Shown: one piece after another, positions 16,288 through 25,207 of the stretch | Layout: every line of letters starts with the position of its first letter | How positions within the stretch are numbered: the first letter of the stretch is position 1 | Origin: Candidatus Bathyarchaeia archaeon | GTDB taxonomy: Archaea > Thermoproteota > Bathyarchaeia > RBG-16-48-13 > GCA-020355125 | Direction: 5' to 3' | Assembly (NCBI GenBank): GCA_038826985.1 | Contig: JAWBNY010000001.1 | Location: 1 to 29,397 of the forward strand | Length of the DNA: 29,397 nucleotides | Notes under the pieces: generated by a model | What the model was told of the DNA's origin: nothing | What the model saw: only the letters and a program-made list of their open reading frames with translations | The model's database searches: none | Translations under genes and position numbers: made by a program

Positions 16288-16692
16288 ATGCCAAAGGAAT
16301 TCGCATACAGGGGATATACAGCAGCTGCCCTACAACGAATGTCAATAGATGACTTTATAAAGCTACTTCCTGCGAGTGAACGGAGGTCTCTACTTCGCGT
16401 CCCTCCTGAAGAGCAGCGGAAACTCAGAGAGAAGATTCTGAAGGCACGTAAGGAAGCAGCCAAAGGCAAGCAGATCATCGTGAAGACGCATTGCCGAGAG
16501 ACTGTAATTCTACCCGAAATGATAGGTCTCACGATACATGTACATGACGGCAAGACTTTTCAGCCTGTTGAAATTACCCCTGAGAAGATAGGTCATAGAT
16601 TAGGGGAGTTCGCGATTACTAACAAGAAGGTGGTACATGGAACACCTGGTATTGGTGCGTCAAGGTCAAGCATGTATGTCCCACTCAAGTAG
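16288..16692 (+). CDS. rps19: 30S ribosomal protein uS19
   Basis: MPKEFAYRGY, KTHCRETVILPEMIG, VHDGKTF, IGHRLGEFAIT, HGTPGIGASRSSMYVPLK. Confidence 0.98.
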   Translation: MPKEFAYRGYTAAALQRMSIDDFIKLLPASERRSLLRVPPEEQRKLREKILKARKEAAKGKQIIVKTHCRETVILPEMIGLTIHVHDGKTFQPVEITPEKIGHRLGEFAITNKKVVHGTPGIGASRSSMYVPLK

Positions 16693-16763
16693 TTGATTTA
16701 ACTACGTTGTAAACGCGTATTCACCATGAGAAGTGTAAAACCTTCTCAAGATTATTTGTGTGC

Positions 16764-16778
16764 GCAAAAGGTTTAATA
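16764..16778 (+). promoter_or_regulatory. BRE/TATA-like promoter upstream of rpl22
   Basis: GCAAAAG-GTTTAATA in the 125-nt rps19-rpl22 spacer, about 40 nt before ATG 16818. Confidence 0.45.
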
Positions 16779-16817
16779 GGGATATCTTTTGGTTTGTTGG
16801 TACACACGGCGATTGGA

Positions 16818-17282
16818 ATGCCCAATTGGGGATATGCATTCAATGCATACGACGAGGAGCGAATGGTTAGAGCTAGCGGAAGAGACCTTCGCATATCCCC
16901 TAAGGCTGCTAGAGAGATTTGTGCTTCTATAAGACATATGCGGCTGGAAAGATGCCGCATGTTCCTATCTTCAGTGATCGAAAAGAAACAGGCAGTCCCA
17001 TATAGAAGACATAATAAGGAGGTACCTCATAGAAGGGGACTACAAGGCTGGTACGCAGGCAGATACCCTGTAAAAGCTGCTAAAGAAATATTAAAAATAC
17101 TCGACAGTCTTGAAGCAAATGCGCAAGCAAAAGGGCTCGACCTTGAGCGCCTGCGGCTTGTTCACGCAGCAGCTCATAGGGCGAGGATTCTAAAGAGATA
17201 CATACCGAGAGCCTTTGGGAGGTCATCCCCTAACTTTGAAAACCTTTGCCATGTAGAGCTTGTAGCTGAAGAAGTAGGGTGA
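16818..17282 (+). CDS. rpl22: 50S ribosomal protein uL22 (likely ATG start at 16818; ORF track extends to GTG 16758)
   Basis: MPNWGY, ASGRDLRISPKAAREIC, KKQAVPYRRHNKEVPHR, GRYPVKAA, PRAFGRSSP, HVELV. Confidence 0.97.
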   Translation: MPNWGYAFNAYDEERMVRASGRDLRISPKAAREICASIRHMRLERCRMFLSSVIEKKQAVPYRRHNKEVPHRRGLQGWYAGRYPVKAAKEILKILDSLEANAQAKGLDLERLRLVHAAAHRARILKRYIPRAFGRSSPNFENLCHVELVAEEVG

Positions 17283-17288
17283 TCCTTT

Positions 17289-18008
17289 GTGTCCATAGTC
17301 AGACATTTCATCGAAGACTCTGTTCGGAATACAGAAATTGACGAATTCTTGGCTAAAGAACTCGAGCGCTCAGGATATGGAGGCGTAGAAGTAACAAAAA
17401 CTCCGCTTGGTACTAGGGTTATAATCTACGCTACAAGGCCCGGCATTATTATCGGACGCCGTGGTACAAACATCCGCGAGTTATCTCGGTTGATAGAGGA
17501 GAAGTTTAAGCTACCGAACCCCCAGATTGCGGTTTCTGAAATCGAAGTACCTGAACTTAACCCAAGGGTGATGGCATGGCAGATCGCGGATGCGCTTCAA
17601 AGAGGACTACATTTCCGCCGCACTTGTTTCTGGGCACTAAACCAGATCATGGGGGCAGGAGCTGTAGGTGCAGAGATAGTGATACGTGGGAAACTTACAT
17701 CAGAACGACATAGATATGAAAAATACCAGGCCGGATACCTACCGAGGTCTGGAGACCCTGCGTTAAAAAACATTCGGGTCTCAGTAAGGTCGGTGCAACT
17801 CAAACAAGGCCTCATAGGGATTAGGGTATGCATTGTCCCGCCTGGAGCTACGTTCCCTGACCAGGTTAAGCTAAAGCCTACAGTTGTTGTTGATGGCAAG
17901 GTCATGACTGAGGAGGAGGCCTTGCAGCTTAAGGATGAAGATGTATTAGTAAAGGAAGGAGTAGGTCAGGAGAATAAAGAAGAGCCTCAAAGCGAGGTAG
18001 ATGGCTAG
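17289..18008 (+). CDS. rps3: 30S ribosomal protein uS3
   Basis: EIDEFL...L..SGYGGVEV.KTPLGTRV, RPGIIIGRRG, PELNPRVMA, GAEIVIRGKL. Acidic C-terminal tail. Confidence 0.98.
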   Translation: MSIVRHFIEDSVRNTEIDEFLAKELERSGYGGVEVTKTPLGTRVIIYATRPGIIIGRRGTNIRELSRLIEEKFKLPNPQIAVSEIEVPELNPRVMAWQIADALQRGLHFRRTCFWALNQIMGAGAVGAEIVIRGKLTSERHRYEKYQAGYLPRSGDPALKNIRVSVRSVQLKQGLIGIRVCIVPPGATFPDQVKLKPTVVVDGKVMTEEEALQLKDEDVLVKEGVGQENKEEPQSEVDG

Positions 18009-18010
18009 AG

Positions 18011-18211
18011 ATGCCATTTCTTAGAATCAAAGAAATACGAGAGATGACGGAGGAGCAGCGGGCTGAGCGGCTTTCTGAGCTACAGGTGGAGCTGATGAAG
18101 TTGAAAGCATTATCAAAGGCAGGGGGCGCCGTCGAGAACCCGGCTAGGATCCGAGAAATACGGAGAGCTATCGCCAGGATCCTAACAGTGCAGAAAGAGA
18201 GATTGCGGTGA
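18011..18211 (+). CDS. rpl29: 50S ribosomal protein uL29
   Basis: LR.KEIREMT, ENPARIREIRRAIARILTV. Confidence 0.96.
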   Translation: MPFLRIKEIREMTEEQRAERLSELQVELMKLKALSKAGGAVENPARIREIRRAIARILTVQKERLR

Positions 18212-18218
18212 AGCAAAA

Positions 18219-18503
18219 ATGAGTAGAACTCGTAAGGTCAGAGTTAGCCAGAGTGAGCTGATCGGGCTTAAAGCATTCGTGGTAGATAGCTCCAACAGAA
18301 CACAAGTTGGTATAAATGGATTCGTAACCAATGAGACTAGAAATACTTTAACTATCAAGACGTTCAGAGGAAACAAAGTTATCGGTAAGCAAGATGCTTG
18401 TTTCGCCTTCCAGCTTGAGGACGGTTCAACGTTCACGATCAAGGGAGTGGAGATCTTGGCTAGGCCTCATGAAAGGATAGCCCGCAACATTAAGAGAGGG
18501 TAG
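18219..18503 (+). CDS. rnp1: Ribonuclease P protein component 1 (Rpp29/POP4)
   Basis: ELIGLKAFVVDSSN...GINGFV.NETRNTL.I, PHERI. Canonical position between uL29 and uS17. Confidence 0.92.
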   Translation: MSRTRKVRVSQSELIGLKAFVVDSSNRTQVGINGFVTNETRNTLTIKTFRGNKVIGKQDACFAFQLEDGSTFTIKGVEILARPHERIARNIKRG

Positions 18504-18505
18504 GA

Positions 18506-18832
18506 ATGAGAAACATAGGGATACCAGTTCAGCCTCCATCTAAAGAGTGCAATGACCCCGCATGCCCATTTCACGGTAGCTTGAGTGTAAGGGGCAAGAT
18601 ACTTGAGGGTGTAGTCATAAAAACATCGATGAAGAGGTCGGTTATTATTAGAAGGGACTACAACTGGTATGTTCCAAAATACATGCGTTATGAAAGAAGA
18701 CATAGTCATCTTGCTGCACATCTCCCTGACTGTATTGAAATCAACGTAGGTGATAGAGTCAAAGTAGCAGAGTGTAGACCGCTTAGTAAGACTGTTAGCT
18801 TTGTTGTTGTGGAGAAGACTAAGGAACAGTGA
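18506..18832 (+). CDS. rps17: 30S ribosomal protein uS17
   Basis: RNIGIPV.PP...[43 protein letters not shown]. Confidence 0.98.
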   Translation: MRNIGIPVQPPSKECNDPACPFHGSLSVRGKILEGVVIKTSMKRSVIIRRDYNWYVPKYMRYERRHSHLAAHLPDCIEINVGDRVKVAECRPLSKTVSFVVVEKTKEQ

Positions 18833-19272
18833 GCAAGATGTCGGGTAAATCACGGGCCGTCAGCGCCAAAGGCGTCATAGAGTTTAGATTTCACATACCA
18901 AGGACACTTGTCACTGGATCCCGCATTAACTGCGCAGACAATACAGGAGCAAAGGAGTTAAACCTCGTTAATGTTGTTGGCTATAAGGGCCGTTTGAAAC
19001 GTATGCCTGCAGCATCGGTAGGTGACATGGTGATCGTGTCGGTCAGTAAAGGAAGCCCAGACCTAAGAAAAAGCGTCTTCCCAGCAATCCTTATCCGTCA
19101 ACGGAAGCCATATCGTAGGCCAGATGGAAGCTGGATCCAGTTTGAGGACAATGCGGCTGTGATCATAACTCCTGAAGGCGAGCTTCGGGGTTCAGAGATA
19201 CGGGGACCGGTTGCAAAGGAGGCTGCTGAAAGATGGCCACGTGTGGCAGCTGCAGCCAGTATAATAGTGTAG
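18829..19272 (+). CDS. rpl14: 50S ribosomal protein uL14 (GTG 18829 or ATG 18838)
   Basis: [55 protein letters not shown]. Confidence 0.98.
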   Translation: MSKMSGKSRAVSAKGVIEFRFHIPRTLVTGSRINCADNTGAKELNLVNVVGYKGRLKRMPAASVGDMVIVSVSKGSPDLRKSVFPAILIRQRKPYRRPDGSWIQFEDNAAVIITPEGELRGSEIRGPVAKEAAERWPRVAAAASIIV

Positions 19273-19287
19273 GATGCTGAACAAAAT

Positions 19288-19677
19288 ATGACTGCGAGAC
19301 ATAGCCTTTCTGCGCCTCTCTCAGAGGAGCTTGTTGCCAAATATGGTGTCAAAAGAATGAATGTAAGAAAAGGAGATACAGTAATGGTTGTACGCGGAGG
19401 CTTTCGAGGGATTGAAGGAAAGGTCTTAAAAGTCAGCAAAACCAATGGCCGGGTCTTTGTTGAAGGAGTTTCACGCGAAAGGACTGATGGAACAACCAGA
19501 CCGGTTTCGGTACATGCCTCAAAGGTCGTCATCCATCAACTTTCCGTTGACGACAAAAGAAGAAGAGAGATACTTGAAAGACGGGTAAGAAACGAGGTAG
19601 AAACTGAGAGAAAGACTAAAAGGGAGCCAAAGGGAACAGGGTTGGACACAAAAATCCAAGAGACGGACAAGACTTGA
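19288..19677 (+). CDS. rpl24: 50S ribosomal protein uL24 (N-terminally short)
   Basis: SAPLSEEL..KYG, VRKGDTV.VVRG.F.GIEGKV, VEGV.RE.TDG, VHASKV, D.RRREIL. Confidence 0.95.
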   Translation: MTARHSLSAPLSEELVAKYGVKRMNVRKGDTVMVVRGGFRGIEGKVLKVSKTNGRVFVEGVSRERTDGTTRPVSVHASKVVIHQLSVDDKRRREILERRVRNEVETERKTKREPKGTGLDTKIQETDKT

Positions 19678-19688
19678 AGGTTTGAAGT

Positions 19689-20450
19689 ATGGGAAAGATG
19701 GGAGGAACTAAGCATCTCAAACGGAAGCCGGCCCCAGACTTCTGGCCTATCCACCGGAAGGGTTTTCGCTGGATAGTAAAGCCTGGGCCTGGGCCGCATC
19801 CAGTAAAGGATTCACTCCCACTTTTAGTGATTATTCGGGATATACTTGGGATAGCTAAAACCCGTAATGAAGCCCGTGAAATACTCAGAAGAGAAAATGT
19901 CAAAGTTGATGGCGTAATTCGCAGAAGAGATGACTATCCTGTCGGGTTGATGGATGTTATAGAAATCCCAGCGATAAAGAAGACTTATCGTGTTCTGCCT
20001 GAGCTTAGGAGAGGCCTCAGACTTCATATTATTGGACCCGAAGAAAAAGACTACAAACTGTGCAAGATCGTAAACAAGACAACGGTTGCTAAAGGAAACA
20101 TTCAACTGAACCTCCACGATGGGAGAAATCATGTTGTGAAGATTCTTGACCCTACGAAGCCAGCGGAGGATGTATACAAAACAGATGATCTCCTAAAAGT
20201 CAAGCTGCCTTCGCAGGAGATCCTAGCACATTTGAAGTTCGAGCCAGGGATCTTGGCCTTAGTTTGCAGCGGTAGACATGTGGGTCGATGGGGAGAAGTC
20301 ATATCAATTGGTCAACCAAGCTTGTATGGAGCCACTGCCATTCTCAAAGGTAGTGGCGGAGAAGAATTCGAGGCGCCTCTCGACTACCTCTTTCCAATAG
20401 GCAAGGGAGAGCCTTGGATAAGTCTTCCAACGGATGTTGAAGAGGCATGA
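19689..20450 (+). CDS. rps4e: 30S ribosomal protein eS4
   Basis: HLKR..AP.FWPI.RK, PGPGPH, VKVDGVIRR.DDYPVGLMDVI, KLCKI.NKT, QLNLHDGRN. Confidence 0.98.
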   Translation: MGKMGGTKHLKRKPAPDFWPIHRKGFRWIVKPGPGPHPVKDSLPLLVIIRDILGIAKTRNEAREILRRENVKVDGVIRRRDDYPVGLMDVIEIPAIKKTYRVLPELRRGLRLHIIGPEEKDYKLCKIVNKTTVAKGNIQLNLHDGRNHVVKILDPTKPAEDVYKTDDLLKVKLPSQEILAHLKFEPGILALVCSGRHVGRWGEVISIGQPSLYGATAILKGSGGEEFEAPLDYLFPIGKGEPWISLPTDVEEA

Positions 20451-20983
20451 GCAGGAATATGCTTGGAACGGTTCGTAACCCGATGCAGCAGCCTTGTATA
20501 GGTAAGGTGGTTGTAAACATCTGTGTCGGTAAGTCAGGCGAAGTATTGCAGAAAGCAATGAGTGTTCTCCAGCAGGTTACAGGTCAGAAGGCATGTCAAA
20601 GGAAAGCAAAGCGTACAATAAGAGACTGGAGTATAAGGAAGGGTGAGCCGATAGCTTGCATTGTCACGCTTAGAGGGGAGAAGGCAGAGTCATTCCTTAG
20701 AAGAGCCTTGGACGCTAACAACAATAGAGTTAAGAAGTCTAGCTTCGATGCGGAAGGAAACTTCTCTTTTGGAGTACATGAACACATCCAGTTACCAGGA
20801 GTTAAATACGACCCATCAGTAGGCATCTTCGGTATGGACATATGTGTAACCATGGAGAAAAGTGGCTACCGGGTCAAGAGACGTAGATATTTAAGGAGCA
20901 GAGTGGGAAAAGCTCAGAGGTTAACGCCGGAGGAATCTATCCACTACCTTATGGAGCGTTTCGGTGTAGAGCTTGTTGAGTAG
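20447..20983 (+). CDS. rpl5: 50S ribosomal protein uL5
   Basis: NPMQQP.IGKVVVNICVG, AKRTIRDW.IRKGEPI, GNFSFG..EHI, YDPSVGIFGMD. Confidence 0.98.
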   Translation: MSRNMLGTVRNPMQQPCIGKVVVNICVGKSGEVLQKAMSVLQQVTGQKACQRKAKRTIRDWSIRKGEPIACIVTLRGEKAESFLRRALDANNNRVKKSSFDAEGNFSFGVHEHIQLPGVKYDPSVGIFGMDICVTMEKSGYRVKRRRYLRSRVGKAQRLTPEESIHYLMERFGVELVE

Positions 20984-20992
20984 GTTGAGAAG

Positions 20993-21157
20993 ATGACGGC
21001 TGGCTCTAACAGAAAGGTAAGGAAGTACGGCAAGGGAAGTCGCCCCTGCAGAAGATGTGGGTCATATGGACCTATAGTGCGGGCATATGGAATAATGCTG
21101 TGCCGACAATGTTTCCGGGAGCTGGCGACAAGCCTTGGGTTCAAGAAGTATAGGTAG
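20993..21157 (+). CDS. rps14: 30S ribosomal protein uS14, zinc-binding type, 54 aa
   Basis: Below the ORF-track cutoff. Manual translation: [54 protein letters not shown]. Confidence 0.97.
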   Translation: MTAGSNRKVRKYGKGSRPCRRCGSYGPIVRAYGIMLCRQCFRELATSLGFKKYR

Positions 21158-21160
21158 AGG

Positions 21161-21553
21161 ATGCAGAAAATGGATCCACTATCAAATGCGCTTTCAACGA
21201 TTCAGAACAATGAGTTGAGAAACAAAAGGGACTGCTTGATTATGCCGACCTCAAAGCTGATAGGAAATGTTTTAAGGGTTCTTCAGATGAACGGCTACAT
21301 CGGGAAGTTCGAGTTTATCGACGACGGCCGAATGGGTAAGTTCGATGTCCAGCTACTAGGTAGGATAAACAGATGTGGTGCTATAAGGCCGCGTTACTCG
21401 TGTAGGGTTGGCGAAATAGAGAAGTGGGAAGAAAGGTACCTGCCCTCAAAAGAGCTTGGTATTCTGATACTTTCAACCTCAAAAGGGGTAATTTCACATA
21501 AAGAGGCTAAAGAAAAGAGGGTGGGCGGCCAGCTGTTGGCCTACGTCTACTAG
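21161..21553 (+). CDS. rps8: 30S ribosomal protein uS8
   Basis: DPLSNALSTIQN.E, SKLIGNVL, FEFIDDGR.GKF, L.GRINRCGAIRPR, ILSTSKGV.SH.EA. Confidence 0.98.
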   Translation: MQKMDPLSNALSTIQNNELRNKRDCLIMPTSKLIGNVLRVLQMNGYIGKFEFIDDGRMGKFDVQLLGRINRCGAIRPRYSCRVGEIEKWEERYLPSKELGILILSTSKGVISHKEAKEKRVGGQLLAYVY

Positions 21554-21565
21554 AGGTGGAAAGAA

Positions 21566-22111
21566 GTGGGTAAGACCAACCTAGCGCAACAAAAGGTTAA
21601 GGTTCCAGAAGACGTTGAAGTTACTGTAAGGCAGAGCCGTATCTCTGTGAAGGGGCCTCTTGGAACGTTAGAGAGAGATTTTGCTCATGCACCAGTAACT
21701 ATCCGGCTCAACGGTCAAGAGGTCATAGTCGAATCTTACTGGCCAGACAAACGGAAGATAGCTATGGTCGGCACAGTTAGGTCCCATATTAGAAATATGA
21801 TAGTGGGTGTCCTCAAGGGTTTCACCTATAAGTTGAAGGTTGTATTCGCCCATTTTCCAGTTAACGTGAAGGTTCATGGAAATGAAGTTGTCATAGAGAA
21901 TTTCGGAGGGGAGAGACGTCCAAGGATAGTTAGCATCCCCAAGGGTGTAAACGTCTCAATCGCAGGCGACGACATAATCCTCAAAGGTATCGACATCCAA
22001 GAAGTTAGTCAAGCTGCTGCGAGGATACAGCAGCAGACACGTATCAAAAAGAAGGACCCAAGGGTTTTCCTCGACGGTATCTACATCTTTGAACGCCAGG
22101 AGGGAATGTAG
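21566..22111 (+). CDS. rpl6: 50S ribosomal protein uL6
   Basis: VKGPLG.LER.F, NMI.GV.KGFTYKLKVVFAHFP, NFGGER.PR, RIKKKDPRVFLDGIY. GAGGTGGA SD, GTG start. Confidence 0.98.
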   Translation: MGKTNLAQQKVKVPEDVEVTVRQSRISVKGPLGTLERDFAHAPVTIRLNGQEVIVESYWPDKRKIAMVGTVRSHIRNMIVGVLKGFTYKLKVVFAHFPVNVKVHGNEVVIENFGGERRPRIVSIPKGVNVSIAGDDIILKGIDIQEVSQAAARIQQQTRIKKKDPRVFLDGIYIFERQEGM

Positions 22112-22114
22112 AAA

Positions 22115-22570
22115 ATGGCGGTTGAAGCATCTGAGAGCGAGAAGCAGTTTGATTCGCTTCGTCACCCCAAGCCTCCCTCCGCAATAGTCCGTCTAATAGA
22201 GATTAGAAGAACCCTTAAGGCAAAGAAGCCAGCGTTCAGGAGACAAGAGAGTTGGCGTTACAAGAGAGTACGTCCATCTTGGAGACGCCCAAAAGGAATC
22301 GACAGCAAGATGCGTCTAAAGCTCCAAGGCAGACCGAAAAGTGTGGAAGCTGGATACCGTTCACCAAGAAGAGTTAGAGGGCTTGACAGCTTAGGATGCA
22401 ATGAAGTAGTTGTATCAAATGTCACTCAGCTTAATGAAGTATCCCCAGACAAAGTTGTCAGAATCGATGGGAGAGTCGGCAAGCGTAAAAGGCTGGCCAT
22501 CCTTGAGAAATCAAGAGAGCTGAAGCTCTATGTTATAAACCCGGGGAAAGTGAGCGAAGTTGAGTCTTAA
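22115..22570 (+). CDS. rpl32e: 50S ribosomal protein eL32
   Basis: KKPAFRRQESWRYKRV..SWRRPKGIDSKMR, GYRSP..VRGL, VG.RKR..I. Confidence 0.97.
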   Translation: MAVEASESEKQFDSLRHPKPPSAIVRLIEIRRTLKAKKPAFRRQESWRYKRVRPSWRRPKGIDSKMRLKLQGRPKSVEAGYRSPRRVRGLDSLGCNEVVVSNVTQLNEVSPDKVVRIDGRVGKRKRLAILEKSRELKLYVINPGKVSEVES

Positions 22571-23012
22571 GAATCAGCGGCGGCTTGCTTCAAAAATTCT
22601 AAAAGTTGGAGAAAGCCGTGTCCGGTTTAATCCTGAGAGGCTTGAAGACCTAGAAGGAGTAATCACACGTGAAGAAATAAGGAGATTAATCCGTGAAGGC
22701 ACTATCAAGGTTGCTCCAGCGATTGGAGTTAGTCGTGCACGGGCCCGTCTACTTATGAAGAAACGTCGGACAGGCCGAAGGAGAGGCCCTGGTAGTAGAG
22801 GAGGAAAGGCTGGTGCTCGTCAACCCCCCAAACAGATTTGGAAGACGCGGATCCGTTTAATACGGAGACATCTACGCACGTTAAGAGAGCGAAGGATAAT
22901 TCAGAAGAGCGCCTACAGAAGACTCTATCTACTCGCTAAAGGTGGAACATTCCTCGATAGAAGCCATGTTGACCAGTATATTCAAGCTCATGGATTATCA
23001 AGGAGGAGGTAG
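22560..23012 (+). CDS. rpl19e: 50S ribosomal protein eL19
   Basis: L..QRRLAS.ILKVG..RV.F.P, ITREEIR.LI.EG, RRRG.GSR.G..GAR, YRRLY..AKGG.F. Confidence 0.98.
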   Translation: MSLKNQRRLASKILKVGESRVRFNPERLEDLEGVITREEIRRLIREGTIKVAPAIGVSRARARLLMKKRRTGRRRGPGSRGGKAGARQPPKQIWKTRIRLIRRHLRTLRERRIIQKSAYRRLYLLAKGGTFLDRSHVDQYIQAHGLSRRR

Positions 23013-23014
23013 GC

Positions 23015-23614
23015 TTGGGTCATGGTTCAAGATATCGATTGGCTTTTCGCCGAAGAAGGCAAGGCCGTACAGATTACCGGATGAGGAAGAGAATGGTTCT
23101 GTCAGGCCATCTGAGGCTCGTCGTCAGACCCTCTATTAGAAATTTGATGGCTCAGCTTATAGAGGCTAGACCGGAAGGGGACAGGGTCTTAGTGGCATGT
23201 AACTCAAACGACTTGAAGGCTTATGGATGGCAAGGACCTACAGGAAATGTACCTGCTGCATATCTCACAGGATATCTCATCGGGAAGAAGGCTATGAACA
23301 GCGGTGTAGAAAGTGCAATACTTGACATTGGGATAAGAAAAGCAACTGTTGGCAGCAGGATCTTCGCCGCCGTCAAAGGAGCAATAGATACAGGCCTCTC
23401 AGTTCCCTGCAGTGAAGATGTTCTTCCGTCGGATGAGAGGATAGTTGGTGGACACATCGCAGCCTACGCAAAGCAGCTTGCAGAGACCGACCAATCGTTA
23501 TACAGACGCATATTTTCAAGGTACCTCGTAATGGAGCTGAAACCTGAAGAGCTGAGTAAACACGTGGAGAAGGTAAAGGAGAAAATTAACATGACCTTCG
23601 GAGGTAACAATTAG
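23015..23614 (+). CDS. rpl18: 50S ribosomal protein uL18
   Basis: RY...FRRRRQGRTDY..R, RLVVR.S, GN.PAAYLTGYL.G, LDIG, RIFAAVKGA.D.GL.VP, RI.GGHIA.Y. Confidence 0.98.
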   Translation: MGHGSRYRLAFRRRRQGRTDYRMRKRMVLSGHLRLVVRPSIRNLMAQLIEARPEGDRVLVACNSNDLKAYGWQGPTGNVPAAYLTGYLIGKKAMNSGVESAILDIGIRKATVGSRIFAAVKGAIDTGLSVPCSEDVLPSDERIVGGHIAAYAKQLAETDQSLYRRIFSRYLVMELKPEELSKHVEKVKEKINMTFGGNN

Positions 23615-23616
23615 CC

Positions 23617-24255
23617 TTGACACAGGAGACAAAGAGTGTTGAAACCTGGATTCCAACCACGAGTGTAGGTAGGCTAGTGCTCGAGGGTAAGTTAACCTCT
23701 ATTGACGAGGTATTCAACCAAGGCCTAAAGATTCGAGAGGCAAAAGTGGTTGATTTACTCCTTCCAAACCTGCAGCAGGAGGTTTTACACATAGGCCTTG
23801 TTCAGAAGCAGACGGATGCCGGGGAGAAATCCCGGTTCAAAGCTATTGTGCTTGTGGGCAACATGAATGGTTATTTCGGTATCGGAGCTGGAAAGGCGAA
23901 GCAGGTTAGGACAGCGATAGAGAAGGGGGCTATAAACGCGAAATTAAACATCTTTCCAGTCCGTCGAGGATGTGGCAGCTGGGAGTGCGGCTGCGGGGAG
24001 AACCACTCCGTTCCTTTCATAGTTGTTGGGAAATGTGGAAGTGTAACTGTTGAGCTACGGCCAGCGCCGAAAGGCGTAGGTATAGTGGCTGGTGACATAG
24101 CAAAGACAATCCTCTCGTTTGCAGGCATTAAGGACTGCTGGACAAGAACCCGCGGGTCAACACGCACAATACCATCTTTTGCGATAGCCACGTCCAACGC
24201 GTTAAGGAACACCTACCGAATCATGACCCCGAAGGATTGGATGGGTGTAAGATGA
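23617..24255 (+). CDS. rps5: 30S ribosomal protein uS5
   Basis: W.P.T.VGRLV..G, VQKQTDAGEKSRF, RRGCGSWECGC...HSVPF, PAPKG.GIVA, GIKDCWTRT.GSTRT. Confidence 0.98.
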   Translation: MTQETKSVETWIPTTSVGRLVLEGKLTSIDEVFNQGLKIREAKVVDLLLPNLQQEVLHIGLVQKQTDAGEKSRFKAIVLVGNMNGYFGIGAGKAKQVRTAIEKGAINAKLNIFPVRRGCGSWECGCGENHSVPFIVVGKCGSVTVELRPAPKGVGIVAGDIAKTILSFAGIKDCWTRTRGSTRTIPSFAIATSNALRNTYRIMTPKDWMGVR

Positions 24256-24740
24256 GCGAATCAATCCCAGAGAATAGGTGTATAGTAGTTGTACGTATCA
24301 GGGGAAGCGTTGGCTTAGACAAGGAGAGAGAGGAAGTTCTCCGACAGCTGCATCTGACTCGAAAGAACCATGCCACAATACTGTATACCTCACCAAGCAT
24401 AGCTGGAACCCTTCAAAAAGTGAAGGATTACACTACTTGGGGGGAGGTTGACCTTGGAACAGTGGAGAAACTGCTGCGTGAACGAGGGATGATGGAGGGT
24501 GGGAAAAGACTTACCGAAGAGGACATGAAGGAACAGTTAGGGTATAGTTCATTTGCCGAACTGGCTAAGGAACTACACGACGGCAAAGTTGAAATCTCAC
24601 ACATTAGAAAAATGAAGCCTGTATTCCGTCTTCACCCTCCCAAAAAAGGTTTCAAGGGTTCCATACATAAACCCTATCCTGAGGGGGAATTGGGATACAG
24701 AGGCGAAAGCATCTGCCTACTACTGTCTAAGATGATGTGA
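24252..24740 (+). CDS. rpl30: 50S ribosomal protein uL30 (ATG 24252 overlaps the rps5 TGA)
   Basis: VVRIRG, L..LHLTRKNHA, GTLQKVKDY.TWGE, FRLHPP.KGFKG, LGYRG. Confidence 0.97.
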   Translation: MSESIPENRCIVVVRIRGSVGLDKEREEVLRQLHLTRKNHATILYTSPSIAGTLQKVKDYTTWGEVDLGTVEKLLRERGMMEGGKRLTEEDMKEQLGYSSFAELAKELHDGKVEISHIRKMKPVFRLHPPKKGFKGSIHKPYPEGELGYRGESICLLLSKMM

Positions 24741-24759
24741 AACCTGTGGAAGTGTCAAA

Positions 24760-25197
24760 ATGCCGACTCGATTAAGGAAAACTCGTAGACTCCGAGGTTC
24801 ACGTAGTCATGGCTGGGGGCAGGTAGGTCAGCATAGAGGCGCTGGTAGAAGAGGGGGACACGGGATAACGGGTGGACATAAGCATCACTGGACAAGCACA
24901 CTTGTTTACGGGTTTCCTATGTTTGGCAAACATGGATTCAAACGCGCATGGATAGAGCGGCCTAAGACCATTAATGTCGGCGAATTGAATAGCACCGTGA
25001 ATCGGTTGCTTCAGCAGAATCTGGCTCGTAAAGAGGAGGACGGGGTCTATGTTGACCTCGACGCCATCGGCGTGCAGAAGCTACTCGGGGCAGGTAAATT
25101 GGATACCCCACTCATATTGAAGGTATCATCCTACTCAAACACCGCGCTCAAAAAGGTTCAGGAAGCAAAAGGTAGAATTATCTCAGAAGAGAGTTGA
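24760..25197 (+). CDS. rpl15: 50S ribosomal protein uL15
   Basis: RKTRRLRGSRSHGWG.VGQHRGAG.RGG.G..G.HKH, FGKHGF, INVGEL, KLLG.G, KVQEA.G. Confidence 0.98.
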   Translation: MPTRLRKTRRLRGSRSHGWGQVGQHRGAGRRGGHGITGGHKHHWTSTLVYGFPMFGKHGFKRAWIERPKTINVGELNSTVNRLLQQNLARKEEDGVYVDLDAIGVQKLLGAGKLDTPLILKVSSYSNTALKKVQEAKGRIISEES

Positions 25198-25207
25198 GTC
25201 ACAGCCC

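Noticed and set aside
3443-16735. Shared 10-mer ATGAGAAGTG at 3443 and 16726, each beginning a small hairpin
   Set aside because: A shared 10-mer among about 3 kb of intergenic DNA is expected by chance, and the downstream arms differ.
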